From: Octopus vulgaris
Lineage: Eukaryota
DNA: 64,000 nucleotides
NCBI GenBank assembly: GCA_951406725.2
Contig: OX597816.1
Coordinates: 27,280,001-27,344,000, forward strand
Direction of reading: 5' to 3'
Part shown: piece after piece, positions 26,481 to 38,284 of the stretch
Position numbering within the stretch: the first letter of the stretch is position 1
Layout: every line of letters begins with the position of its first letter
The notes under the pieces: model-generated
Told to the model about the DNA's origin: nothing
Seen by the model: the letters and a program-made list of their open reading frames with translations, nothing else
Database searches by the model: none
Translations under genes and position numbers: made by a program

Positions 26481-27086
26481 TTATGTTTCTTTTATTTATT
26501 TTTGAGGTGGTTTACTGTAGTATCTCATAAAAAATAATCTAACAGTCCTTTTTCTCACCAGAGAGTCATGATCGTGGTACACATGTTGAGATAACAGTTG
26601 CTGTTGCTTTACCTATAACTATTCTAAAGAGTAATCAACTTCACAATATTATAATTACTTTAATTGTATTATCAATCTTCTGTTTCTTCTACCAGTATGT
26701 CTACTGTACGTAAGCCAGTGTTATCTACTTAAAAGAATTTGTACCTTATACAAATTGGGAATTAAATGTGTAAATATCATTTAGCAACTATCAGAAAATC
26801 GTTCGCGGGTTCTTGAATTTTGTTACTGCATGTTTGTAATTTGTATTTCTTGCCTGTTAGCGTTCGGATTGATTATGCATCCTCGCTTATACAGTGTGAA
26901 TCTTAGGACTGCATTTATAGTGTGACATCATACGTAACAGAAAAAACAAAGCCCATGTTCTTTTCCTTTGTTACGGATGTGCTCTTCATATTATGTCGTT
27001 AAACTCCCCAGACTGCACAGCACTTCGGATTTTAACGTGACTAGCAATAAGAGCCAAAACGTGTCGCGCTGTGAGCGTATCGACTC

Positions 27087-27118
<32 letters not shown>

Positions 27119-27302
27119 CATGGTAAGCAGAAATAGGAAATTATCGCCGTTAGAATGTCTTTGAACATGTAAATCTCGGCCAGTATCCTCTGTTTCACAT
27201 AGGGATTGTGAAGGTGATGGGAAATGCTTCTTTTTCCAAACTGATTTAATAAATAAAAGAATAAAGAGCTGGCTGATCCCATTCCACCTCCGTTAAACTC
27301 AC

Positions 27303-27325
27303 TTGTCACTTTCCTCGGCAGCCAT
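27303..27325 (-). CDS. Probable first coding micro-exon (MAAEESD-K/N) of an unidentified gene running leftwards
   Basis: AATATGGCTGCC start context (YY1-type AANATGGC overlapping the ATG), 23 coding nt, then a strong GTGAGT donor at 27302-27297. It lies in a unique, repeat-poor, CpG-containing island. Confidence 0.45.
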
Positions 27326-27700
27326 ATTGTGTGTACATTCCCATTAAAAATACTACATCTAATCCTTCCTCCTCAGAATGTTGCCCTTATGGAATTCCTG
27401 CTCATGTTTTCCTGTACCCATTGACTTGCACTTATGCAAGAATGTTAACGACATAGATCATAGAGGGCCTGTTTAGGTCTTAAGCACAAGCCTTTTTTTA
27501 TAGATCAAACCAGGGAAAAATAAAAAGTGAATTGTCTCCGTCTATTTATAATTAGGTAGGCTGGACCATTTGACTGTTCAATTTCTTCACCAATGATGTA
27601 GTGAGCACAGCACTACACCAGATACGCACTTCCGACCTCTTCATGGACCATCCGTCACTTTGTCCGCTCAGTCACCCGTTTTTTCGTTTAGTGGGACAAG
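27320..27700 (-). promoter_or_regulatory. Putative housekeeping-type promoter
   Basis: YY1-like GCCATATT (27321-27328), ZNF143/Staf-like TACATTCCCAT (~27334-27344) and ETS-like CACTTCCG (~27627-27634) in non-repetitive sequence. Confidence 0.35.
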
Positions 27701-27817
27701 TGAAGTAAAGTAGTTGCAACTGGCAGTACTGGACTTTCTTCCACCAGAGCCTACTTCTGAGGTGTTGATAGTATATTAGAGTCATACACTTTCGTGGAAC
27801 TGAGACCACGAAATACA

Positions 27818-28928
27818 CAGTAACGTAGCTAATAGGGGAGCAAGGGTAGCAATCTCCTTCCCCTGAGCATATTTTTCAAAATTGGCGTCTTTTCAGTAAT
27901 TTCTTGAAATTCTTTAGTTCACTTGTGCGATAAAAGTCGAATCTCTCTCTTTTTTTTTTTGTTAATCGCATGGTCTTCGGTGAATTTTCTGGAGCCATTA
28001 CTTTATTTGACCGACCTTTAATGTTTTGAACTGTCGGATCTTTTCCTTTTGAACGGCAGATGTCAACACAATTTCTAGTTAACTAAACACTTTTAAACTT
28101 CGTATACTGGTAGAATGTGTTTATAAAACATCATTTTATCTTGGTTTTATTGAGAAAATTCTATAGTTTGTAAGATATTTCGTCTGAAAATCCGAGCATT
28201 TCGGCAATTTTAACCAATCGATTACCTCCATTCAACTAAAATCATTTGCTGCGTCTAAAACTGAGACAATATCTTGTAACTAACCCTAAACCTCCCCCCT
28301 AACCCTAACCCTAATGTTTTTTTCTTAATTGTTAAATTAATTTAATTCCATTGCTTTAGTTGTTTTTACACGTGTAACAATTAAATTAATTTAACAATCA
28401 AGAAAAAAAAAATTAGGGTTAGGGTTAGGGTTAGGGGGAGGTTTAGGGTTAGTTACAGGATGTTGTCTCAGTTTTAGACGCAGCAAATGAATTTAGCTCA
28501 AAAGAGAGCATAGGATTGGTTAAAATTCGAAAAATTAAACTACGTTAAACAAACAAATTACAATTTTCTTAAGAAAGCCAAGAGAAAAAAAATGTTTTAT
28601 TTTGACACATTCTACCAGTATACGAAGTTTTAAAGTGTTTAGTTAACTAGAAATTGTCTGCCGTTCAAAAGGAAAAGATCCGAACTGTCTGCTCAGTCTC
28701 CTGTGATGTGTTGGTGGCTGCTACCTAAATCAGTAATAAGTTTAGTATATAAAGACATTGTTACTGAAACATGAAATGAATGAATTTAGAATACATTTAC
28801 GTGTATTATAACTTATGAAATATTTCGCAGAGTATATGAGAAATGCGTTTAAAATTGTTTGGTATGTGTCACGGTGCCCTTCTTTATGTGCTCGCTTCCC
28901 TTAACTTTAGGACCTGGCTACGCCTCGA
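27818..28928. mobile_element. Possible hAT-type non-autonomous element hosting the fold-back MITE
   Basis: Ends CAGTAACGTAGCTA ... TGGCTACGCCTC resemble degenerate hAT TIRs; the TSD is ambiguous. Confidence 0.35.
28036..28681. mobile_element. Fold-back (almost fully palindromic) relative of the MITE family with TTAGGG arrays
   Basis: TIR GGATCTTTTCCTTTTGAACGGCAG and a perfect TSD gaactgtc. The left and right halves are reverse complements, with (TAACCC)n at ~28280-28315 and (GGGTTA)n at ~28412-28452. Confidence 0.9.
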
Positions 28929-29674
28929 GAAGTACTACGGTTTGTGATGAGAAACCATTTCAGTTCAGTGAGGTCACTAATGAGCTTGAAAAAAACTGCC
29001 TCAAAATCTCATTTTATTCTCCCTTCACAAATATGATTGAAAATAACGCACTCCGATGAAGGTCCCTGTTTAAAACAACAGATCTCTCCTGTTTCCCCAC
29101 CACAAACAATCTTATTCCGCTTAATGATCTCGCATTTCTTATTTGCCGGCAAGTGTTACATGATCTGCCAACAAGTTTCCCCTGAAATGCAATGTTTCCG
29201 AAGTTACCAGCGTGATGACTTGTTTGAAGAATGTTTCAATTAATATGTGTTATGATAATATTAATTAATCATACTCATTATGTTATTCGCTTGCATCTCC
29301 CAATCAGGAGAAATATATTTTTCTGACATTCTTACAGATGAAAAACATTACCACGTCCGATTCTTCGAGTGCTATGAGAATATATACATATGATATTCTT
29401 ATGAATCAAATAAGTTTATGTCACACCATGATGAAACCTAATCTGTCAGTGAATTGTCAGTTCTAATTCCTCTTCTTCCTTTTATCTTTGTTTCAGACAT
29501 ATTTCCTGGTTAACTATAGCATGCATAAGCACGACTATTTAATATGCATTTGTCTTCATCAAACTATATTTCAGTGAAAGCAATCGCACTAAATTTGTCA
29601 ATACCGACAATTCTACTTTTCTTGGTCTCGACTATTTCACTTGAAAACTGAAAACCAAATCATAATAATAATGA

Positions 29675-29680
29675 TTTATT
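29675..29680 (-). promoter_or_regulatory. Candidate polyadenylation signal (AATAAA) of the tyrosinase gene
   Basis: tttatt on the plus strand ~270 nt downstream of the stop codon. The context is AT-rich, so this could be chance. Confidence 0.4.
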
Positions 29681-29947
29681 ACTTAGCCCCCGTGTTTTAC
29701 CCAAACGACACATTGTATATATGTGTGTAAATACTGTATATGACACACACACACGTCTAATGGTATGTACATGTGTGTTTTCAATTAAAGTTAACATTGC
29801 ATTTATAACTAGTCTAATTTGTTCAATCAAATTTTCTGATGGTAATCCATGAAAAAGATAAAGAAAATGACAAAGATGACACAAGTCAAAATATTTTATG
29901 CATTGCCTGACTATTTCCCTCCTCTTCGTCTTTTACTGGCCATCCTT

Positions 29948-30641
29948 CTACAAGTTCGGTAGATTCACTAGCGGGACGCAAATATCACGTGTTAGATCAC
30001 ATTTCAGATAACTAGAACCGCAGTTTGGTTGAGATCTTGAGCAAGAAGGTGTTGGTGCACATTGGTAGAAATTATGTGAGAAGTATTCATGCACAGCATG
30101 TCGTACTAGCAACCAACCAAATCCAATTTGCGAATTTGGAGCATGCGTCTGTTTGCCGTAAGAAAAGAAAGGATAGTCGCTACTGGGGTCAATATCATGC
30201 ATTCGCTGCTTGGTACGGAATTTCTCCCAAATGCAGTCAATATATGCATGGTGCATCCAAAACATTGGGTCATAACACGCTGATTCTACTTTACCCATTT
30301 GCCCACCGACCCATGTGTGAACATGGTTGTGCATTTTCTCAATATTTGTCCAGTTCGGAGCATGTGGGTACGTAATGTCTTCTAAATAAAAACGCAACAT
30401 AACGTTTCTCTCGTCTCTGGTTGTCATCAGCCGGTTTACACGTCCAAAATTGCGATGTAAGGGTCCATGCGGTGTAAACCATCCTGCAAAAGGACCAACT
30501 GTGACCAGTCCACGACCATTTCCAATAAAATGGTCTGAAAATATTGAAGATTGAGTCGGGTCAAACAAACTGTTATCAAGAGTATTATTCCAGTATGGAA
30601 TGTTAATACCAGGAATTATTTGGTTCAGTGCGTTTTCTAGC
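29948..30641 (-). CDS. tyr: Tyrosinase coding exon 3 (PYW motif, CuB site, Cys-rich C-terminal tail)
   Basis: Acceptor tttccctctag at 30642+; the phase-2 join CT+G gives Leu and WHRIYLILLENALNQIIPGINIPYW. CuB motifs are IEKMHNHVH and YDPMFWMHHAYID, followed by a Cys-rich tail CAPTPSC..CGSSYLKC..C. Stop TAG at 29950-29948; the spliced protein is 337 aa. Confidence 0.95.
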
Positions 30642-30738
30642 CTAGAGGGAAACAAAGAAAGAGAGAAAATTTAACCGATTGTTGTGTTAGGAAAGAACCA
30701 ATAATACGTGGGTTGTTAATACACAAATATATACAGAA

Positions 30739-31237
30739 CTAGCAGTATCGCCCGGTGTTGCTCGGTTTTGTAAGGGAAATAACTATATAAGCATTTTTAG
30801 AGAGTTATAGCCAAAAGATAGCAAAAAAATGCATTAAAAATGGAAAAAAAATTATGGTAAATTTTTTTTTAAATCGTTGACTCATCGTAGACATTTTTAG
30901 AGAGTTACTTCCCTTATATAATAGCGAAAAAATGCATTAAAATGGAAAAAAATGATGGTAAATTTTTTTTTAAATCGTTGACTCATCGTAGACATTTTTA
31001 GAGAGTTACTTCCCTTATATAATAGCGAAAAAATGCATTAAAATGGAAAAAAATGATGGTAAATTTTTTTTTAAATCGTAGACTCATCGTAGACGCACGC
31101 TAATACCCAGAAGGGCTCGATATGAATCACGACTATAAGATACCCGCTTTTGGTTAAACTGCACCGCAAAATGTGGGAGTAGTTAGGAATCTAAATCGTA
31201 GGAGACAGACACACAACTTCACTTTTATATATAAAGA
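30739..31237 (-). mobile_element. Non-autonomous Helitron in tyrosinase intron 2
   Basis: 5' A|TCTTTATATATAAAAG and 3' GAGCAACACCGGGCGATACTGCTAG|T (AT target, no TSD). Contains three ~90-bp tandem repeats. Confidence 0.85.
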
Positions 31238-31257
31238 TTACATATCGTAAGTTTGAT

Positions 31258-32202
31258 GTGGCATTAAAACGGAGTGCGGTGAGGTGGAAGCCTCGGAAAT
31301 TTTATCCACCCCTACCCCCATTGATCTTTTCACCAGCACGATTTTCACGCAGGAAAAAAAAACATCCATTTCCCTAACCCTAACCCTAAAACCCTAACCT
31401 TAACCCCAAAACCCTAACCCTGAAAACATCATAGGCGCAGGAGTGGCTGTGTGGTAAGTAGCTTGCTAACCAACCACATGGTTCCGGGTTCAGTCCCACT
31501 GCGTGGCATCTTGGGCAAGTGTCTTCTACTATAGCCCCGGGCCGACCAATGCCTTGTGAGTGGATTTGGTAGACGGAAACTGAAAGAAGCCTGTCATATA
31601 TATGTATATATATATATGTGTGTGTGTGTGTATGTGTTTGTGTGTCTGTGTTTGTCCCCCTAGTATTGCTTGACAACCAATGCTGGTGTGTTTACGTCCC
31701 CGTCACTTAGCGGTTCGGCAAAAGAGACCGATAGAGTAAGTACTGGGCTTACAAAGAATAAGTCCCGGGGTCGATTTTCTCGACTAAAGGCGGTGCTCCA
31801 GCATGGCCGCAGTCAAATGACTGAAACAAGTAAAAGAGTAAAAGAGAGGTAGAGGGGATGGGTAAAATTTCCGAGGCGTCCACCTCACTCCAATCCATTT
31901 TCAGACCCCCAAAAAGGGTTTTGTAACATATCAGGATGTCACAAGAATTCATTTAACGAAAAAAATGTTTCCTATGAATCTAGGACCTGGGGGAGGGGTT
32001 CCCCCCTTTCGCTCCTCACTTTCCGAACCAAAGTAAGGGATTTGCAGCATATTAGGAGGTCAGAGTACTCGATTCCACGCAAAAAATCCGAGTTTTTTTT
32101 CTTAGTCATAATCGTGCGGGTGTTACTCTGAAAAATTACCTAAAAAATCATGGGTTGTCTTAGAGCAATCCCATACAGATATGGGATTCCATGAAATGCC
32201 AC
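31258..32202. mobile_element. TIR-type element with internal inverted repeat and (CCCTAA)-like tract, interrupted by a SINE
   Basis: GTGGCATT/AATGCCAC ends; 31278-31320 is inverted at 31848-31890. Confidence 0.45.
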
Positions 32203-32722
32203 TTATGTTTAAGTGAGAAGTCCTTTATCTTGTTTCAGGACAACTCGTAAACCGAAAATCCGAATTATTTGGTTGAGATCTTTTACTTGTTTCACTTATT
32301 AGACCGTGGTCATACTGGGGAACCGCGTTGAAGAACTTTTAATCGAATAAATCGACCTCAGTACTTATATTTTTAAGCTTGGTACTCATTCTATCGATGC
32401 CTTATGCCAAACCGCTAAGTTATAGGGACGTAAACACACCAACACTGGTTGTCAACCAGTGGAGGAGTATAAACACAGATACAAAGACACACACAAACAC
32501 ATAGATATAGATATTTATACGACGGGCTTCTTTCAGTTTCCGTCTACCAAATCCACTCACAAGGCTTTAGTCGGCCCCAGGCTATAGTAGAAGACACTTG
32601 CCCAAGGTGCCGCGCAGTGGAACTGAACTCGGAACCATGTATACCACACAGCCAGGCCTGATTCTTCAAAATTTCTTGTATCGAGGCTCCTTCCATTGAA
32701 ATAACTATTTCTTTCTACTGCA

Positions 32723-33135
32723 AGATCTTTTCGGTTTGAACGGCAGTTTTTCTAGCGGTGTCATATGAAATTGTCACCCATAATTATAACCCTAGTATCG
32801 ATCTATTGCATTTCAATGTTTTAGGGTTAGGGGTGGGGGGAAGGGTATCTTTTTTCTTCACAAATGTAAATAAACCCAATCTGTTTCTTAAACGAGAGAC
32901 ATATTCATACGGCACAGAATGTTTGTATTTTTACCTCAATAGACGTAATTGATTGGTTGAAATTGCAGAAATTGAAGAAAAAAACCAACAAATATCTTAC
33001 AAATTATAGAATTTTCTCAATAAAGCCAAGAGAAAAAGATGTTTTATAAACACATTCTACCAGTATACGAAGTTTAAAATTTTTTAGTTACGTGGAAATT
33101 ATAAAAAAAAACTGCCGTTCAAGCCGAAAAGATCC
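32723..33135. mobile_element. Same MITE family, copy 5 (inverted); a partial copy lies at ~23497-23586
   Basis: Both TIRs present; TSD not evident. Confidence 0.85.
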
Positions 33136-33909
33136 AATGGTTCCAAGACGCAACTTAATTCGTTAAACAAAAACACATTAAAAGAATATTAGTTCATCTG
33201 TTTTAACAAATGGTTTGTACATATTTTTACACTTTTTGATATACCACTTCAGTATTGTTCTTTAGGTGCCTTTTCAATTTTTATGCTTTTACAAATTTAA
33301 TGACACCGTCATTAAGTCGGATAAATCAACTGAAGTTGAGATACGTTTTTTCCATTAATTTCTTAAAAAAAAGACGCAACTCGAAACAACGAAGTTAAGT
33401 TAAGCCTGTATAGTAACTACACACGTGCTGTTGACGATTTCTTTTCTTTCTTTGAACTTTCCCTTTCTTCTTTCCGATGAAGAGTTATGCTCGAAACATC
33501 AGAAACTCTTTTTACTGAGCATCAAACTAATACATTCCTTGTGCACGTCCTTTTGTTGTCTGTTATTGATAATTTTGATGTTCGTTTATTAGAATTGGCT
33601 TTATATATTGCTTAGTGGTTAAGGTGTTGCATGCATGATTGCGAGATTAAGGGTTCGATTTCCAGACCGGGCTCTGAGTTGTGTTCTTGAGCAACGCACT
33701 TCATTTCACATTGCTCTGCGATCATTTCGTCATCTGACATGTGGCACCTAGTGCACCTGTACAAGTAATGCCGATTTGATGGAGGGAGTGCGCTCATGTG
33801 GACACAAACATTTGATCACTATAAAGAAATCATCTGTGCGGTTGTTTGACAAGAAATTGGCGAACCTTCATACGTCGTCTAACGACAGGAGAGTCCGCGT
33901 GTGTATCGT

Positions 33910-34086
33910 TGGTGATTTTCTTTCTCCGTCTTCCCTTCCTTGGACCTTTCCTTTTTCTATGTTTCTGACGAAGAGCTCCGCTCGAAACGCTAAATCCTCC
34001 TTCTTTCTTTCCTTTCCTGAGCGTCCAATAACATTATACTTGTTCCACGTCCTCGTGTTGTGTTTTCTCTTTGTTCATGTTTGGAT

Positions 34087-34090
<4 letters not shown>
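33910..34090 (+). ncRNA. Penelope pLTR-type repeat with a minimal hammerhead motif
   Basis: GUUU-CUGACGA-A-GAGC(UCC)GCUC-GAAAC-GCU-AAAU at 33961-33995. A more decayed copy (CCGAUGA-AGAG..CUC-GAAACAUC) lies at ~33474-33505, and related pLTR pieces at 34370-34490 and 1450-1750. Confidence 0.55.
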
Positions 34091-34144
<54 letters not shown>

Positions 34145-34312
34145 TTTTTATTTATTTATGCGCCCTTTTCAAGCCTAACCAGGCTCATGGGCCCGGTTTT
34201 CCGGTTTCTATGGCGTATGTGTTCCCCCCAGCTGTTACTAAATGGCACGAGGAACATTCTAGTGAAGTTGAACATATTATCTATATTATCTTGGCTACCG
34301 AATAATTGTCAC

Positions 34313-34366
<54 letters not shown>

Positions 34367-34515
34367 TATATGGATACAGGACATCACCAACTGTGTAAAC
34401 AACCTGAAGTACGAAAACAAACAGTAAAATATGCAAACTACGAGTGAAAAAATGGAAAACAGGACAAGTAACACGGAGAACGCCACGCATCAATTTCCAA
34501 GTATATATCTATATA

Positions 34516-36182
34516 CTAGCAGTATCGCCCGGCGTTGCTCGGGTTTGTAAGGGAAATAACTATATAAGCATTTTTAGTGAGTTATAGCAAAAAAATAGCA
34601 AAAAAATGCACTAAAAATGGAATAAAAAATTATGGTAATTTTTTTTTAAATCATTGACTCATCGTAGACATTTTTAGAGAGTTACTTCCCTTATATAATA
34701 GCGAAAAAATGCATTAAAATGGAAAAAATTATGGTAAATTTTTTTTAAATCGTAGACTCATCGTAGACTCGCGCTAATATCCAGAAGGGCTCGATATGAA
34801 TCACGACTATAAGATACCCAGTTTTGGTTAAACTGCACCGCAAAATGTGGGAGTAGTTAGGAATCTAAATCGTAGGAGACAGACACACAACCTCTCTTTT
34901 ATATATAAAGATTTGTGCAACAACTAAAAAATTCGGTTGTGCATATTGTTTGCACAGGAAACCTGCCCTGTGTGGCGGTTTTTGCCGTTTTTGTGGATCT
35001 GTTTCAGCTTTTTTAGCGATTTCTGTTTTGGCGACTTCAAGCCATGAAGTCGTTGTTCTAAAAGAACGCTGGTCTCCTTGACAACGCTTTACGACGTTAA
35101 TTTCCCTACCCTGCCTTCCCCACAGCTTCACGAGGGAGAGAAGAAGGGGAGGAGCTACACAGGTGCAGGTGCGAGCATGAACGCCAACGCCGCCACCGAC
35201 ACACGAAAAAATTGGAAGAACCCAGACGACAGCTTCAGCCACCACCACCACCACCACCACTACCACCATGACCACCACCACCACCACTACCACCATGACC
35301 ACCACCACCACTACGCCCATGACCATCACCACCACCATCACCACCACCACCACGACCACCACGGCCACCACCATCATCACCACCACCACCACCACCACCA
35401 CCACAAACACGACGACCACCATCGCCACCACCCCCACCACCACGACCACGACCACGACCACCAACAACACCACCACCACCACCACCACAAACACGACGAC
35501 CACCATCACCACTACCAGCACCACCGCCACCACCGCTGCCACTACCACCGCCTCCACCACCACCATAATATGCCTCTGCTCTCTCCTTTTGGCTACTAAA
35601 TCCATTACCATATTTCACAAAGTATCATCGCCATACAATATTGCCTTCAAAAGTTTGTGTTTGGATAATATTTTTTAAGTAAAAGTTGTGCAACAACTAA
35701 AACATTCGGTTGTGCAAATTCTTTGCATGGGAAACCTTCCCTGTGTGGCGTGTTTCCCGATTTTGTAGAATTTGCTTTCGGGCTTTCCTAGCCTTTTCTG
35801 TTTTGGTGTCTTCAAGCCATGAAGTCGTTGTTCTTAAAGAACGCTGGTCTCCTTGACAACGCTTTACGACGTTGATTTCCTTACACTCCCTTCCCCAGAG
35901 CTTCACGAGGGAGGGAAGAAGGGGGAGAAGCAACACAGGTGCAGGTGTGAGCGTGGACGCCAACTCCGCCGCCATCGACACACGAAAAAATTGGAAGAAA
36001 GGGAAAAAAATGATGTTAAATTATTTTTAAAATCGTAGACTCATCGTAGACGCGCGCTAATACACAGACGGGCTCGATATGAATCACGACTATAAGATAC
36101 CCGAATTTGGTTAAACTGAACCGCAAAATGTGGGAGTAGTTAGGAATCTAAATCGTAGGAGACAGACACTCACACAACTTCA

Positions 36183-36200
<18 letters not shown>
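34516..36200 (-). mobile_element. Composite non-autonomous Helitron: complete inner copy 34516-34911 plus a second 5' end near 36190
   Basis: 3' CTAG at 34519-34516 and 5' TC at 34911. A second copy of the 5' ~180 bp lies at ~36010-36190. A ~310-bp unit is duplicated (34913-35222, 35686-35999) around a (CAC)n tract. Confidence 0.8.
35239..35565. repeat. Imperfect (CAC)n trinucleotide array
   Basis: Directly visible; source of the poly-His/Thr/Val/Gly ORFs. Confidence 0.95.
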
Positions 36201-36262
<62 letters not shown>

Positions 36263-36830
36263 GGATACATGCTATCAATGTAGTTAGTGGCGTATCAATG
36301 CGTAACACTTATCTTTCTTCCCAACATTGCATTTTATTTTTTCTCTCCTTTTCTTTCCCTTTGTCTCATACAGGATCGCAATTACTCCTTTTTCATTGCA
36401 GCAAACTTATTTATTTTGTGATAATTCGCCCTTGTTAATTTTTAATGACTTTTTCTGACTCATTTTTCTTAAATTCTTAATTGAGAATTGAGAGAGAGAG
36501 AGAGAGAGGTGGGGAGAAGGAGGGTGAGATAAGAGGAGTAAATGCCTAACAGTATTTAAATTCGATCGTCTGTTTCGTGTTCAAATTCTGCCCAGATTGA
36601 TTTTGTCATTCGTACATACGGTAATGATTAAATTATATAGAAGTTATGTAGTAAGGTTGTTTCATTTAACAGGAGTGGCTGTGTGGTAAGTAGCTTGCTA
36701 ACCAACCACATGGTTCCGGGTTCAGTCCCACTGCGTGGCATCTTGGGCAAGTGTCTTCTGCTATAGCCTCGGGCCGACCAAAGCCTTGTGAGTGGATTTG
36801 GTAGACGGAAACTGAAAGAAGCCTGTCGTA

Positions 36831-36902
<72 letters not shown>

Positions 36903-37615
36903 TGTGTATGTTTGTGTGTCTGTGTTTGTCCCCCTAGCATTGCTTGACAACCGATGCTGGTGTGTTTATGTCCCCGTCACTTAGCGGTTCGGCAAAAGAG
37001 ACCGATAGAATAAGTACTGGGCTTACAAAGAATAAGTCCCGGGGTCGATTTTCTCGACTAAAGGCGGTGCTCCAGCATGGCCGCAGTCAAATGACTGAAA
37101 CAAGTAAAAGAGTAAAGAGTAAAGAGTAACTATATTCCATACCTGAAAATATCTACGATAATCGAAGAAACCATCACCAAATGATGGCCCGAGCTGGCTC
37201 ACATTACTATAGCCTGTTTCATTCGCATTAATAGCTTTTTAGTTTACCTTGTAACAGGCATAAACATCACATGATTCCATCAATATACAAAGCGTTTGTA
37301 CTCCGTGGGAAAAGAATTAATATTTTATTACTGCTTTCAGGAGGCGGAGTCAGCTGAATCAATATAGGGGCCTGCATCATAGCACTGCCATGATACTTCA
37401 CTTTAGCTGACTAAGTTCTCGCATCTATCCTCAGGTGTTGAAAGTCGATATATTTTAGTGTTGTAATTAGCAAGAATAGTGTATGGAAAATAGACCATAA
37501 TAGATCTGTGTTAAGATTACAGTGCTGCTACTAGGACTTGCCTGTATTTGACGTTGTTTCAACAAATTCTATCAGCTTCACATCGAAGAAGATTCAAAGT
37601 AAATGTGTTACTTAC

Positions 37616-37725
37616 AGAATTAAGTATATTCGGTGCCATCCGAGAAAACCTGGTCCTTCATGGGCGATATTCTTTAGAATTGCATGGAAATTACAGAGAG
37701 CATCGTATTTATTGGGCCTGAGGGA
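37616..37725 (-). CDS. tyr: Tyrosinase coding exon 2 (CuA site)
   Basis: Acceptor tcctacag at 37726+ and GTAAGT donor at 37615-37610. The 110-nt exon (phase 0 to phase 2) encodes SLRPNKYDALCNFHAILKNIAHEGPGFLGWHRIYLI, with the three CuA His (NFH, AHxGPxFLxWHR). Confidence 0.93.
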
Positions 37726-38189
37726 CTGTAGGATATAGGAATAGAACGACATCAAAACTACAATTGTATTTCTTTTCAGACAACAACTAAAAATAGAACA
37801 AGAAAGTTTACATCCAACATGGTGTGGTGTAGTTTGATGTGGTGTAGTGTTGTGGATGCTGTTTGTGGTTGTTGTGTTGACCGAGTCAACTGAAATTGAC
37901 AAAGTGCGACGCACACAGTCAGAAATGCCCTTCATTTATTCATATCGCCGTCCATCAAAACAGTAGCCAAATCTGATTCAAATTATATGCTACCGTCTTA
38001 AAGATGTGGTACCGTGTGGTGCCATGTTGTACTGTGTGGTACCATCTGATATCGATGAAACACTGTCTACTTCCTCTTTCTCTCCTCGTTGTCGTTGTTA
38101 TTTAAACCCAGGTCAGCATTAATTGAGATGACCTATCATCAAAACATTGCAAGCTTGATTATATCTTCTACACCAGACATAGTGAATAA

Positions 38190-38283
38190 AGACCCATCAT
38201 TTGATATCGTAGATTTCTATGCATCTATTTCTAGGAAATTGCTAGATAAAGCCTTCACTTTCGTAAGCGGATTTATAGAGATC
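38190..38283 (+). mobile_element. Penelope-like element RT fragment
   Basis: SFDIVDFYASISRKLLDKAFTF matches the PLE RT motif FDIxxFYPSI..LLxKAL. Confidence 0.65.
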
Positions 38284-38284
38284 C

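Noticed and set aside
26540-26720. Possible internal exons of the 27.3-kb gene
   Set aside because: The acceptors I tested give immediate stops when joined in phase 2 to the first exon.
30790-31090. Regularly spaced ~90-bp repeats resembling a CRISPR array
   Set aside because: They are contiguous tandem repeats without unique spacers, inside a eukaryotic Helitron, and no cas genes are present.
34865-35678. Poly-His, poly-Thr, poly-Val and poly-Gly ORFs (could mimic His-rich beak proteins or mucins)
   Set aside because: All are translations of a (CAC)n array inside a Helitron in tyrosinase intron 2. They are open in several frames and have no splice or signal evidence.
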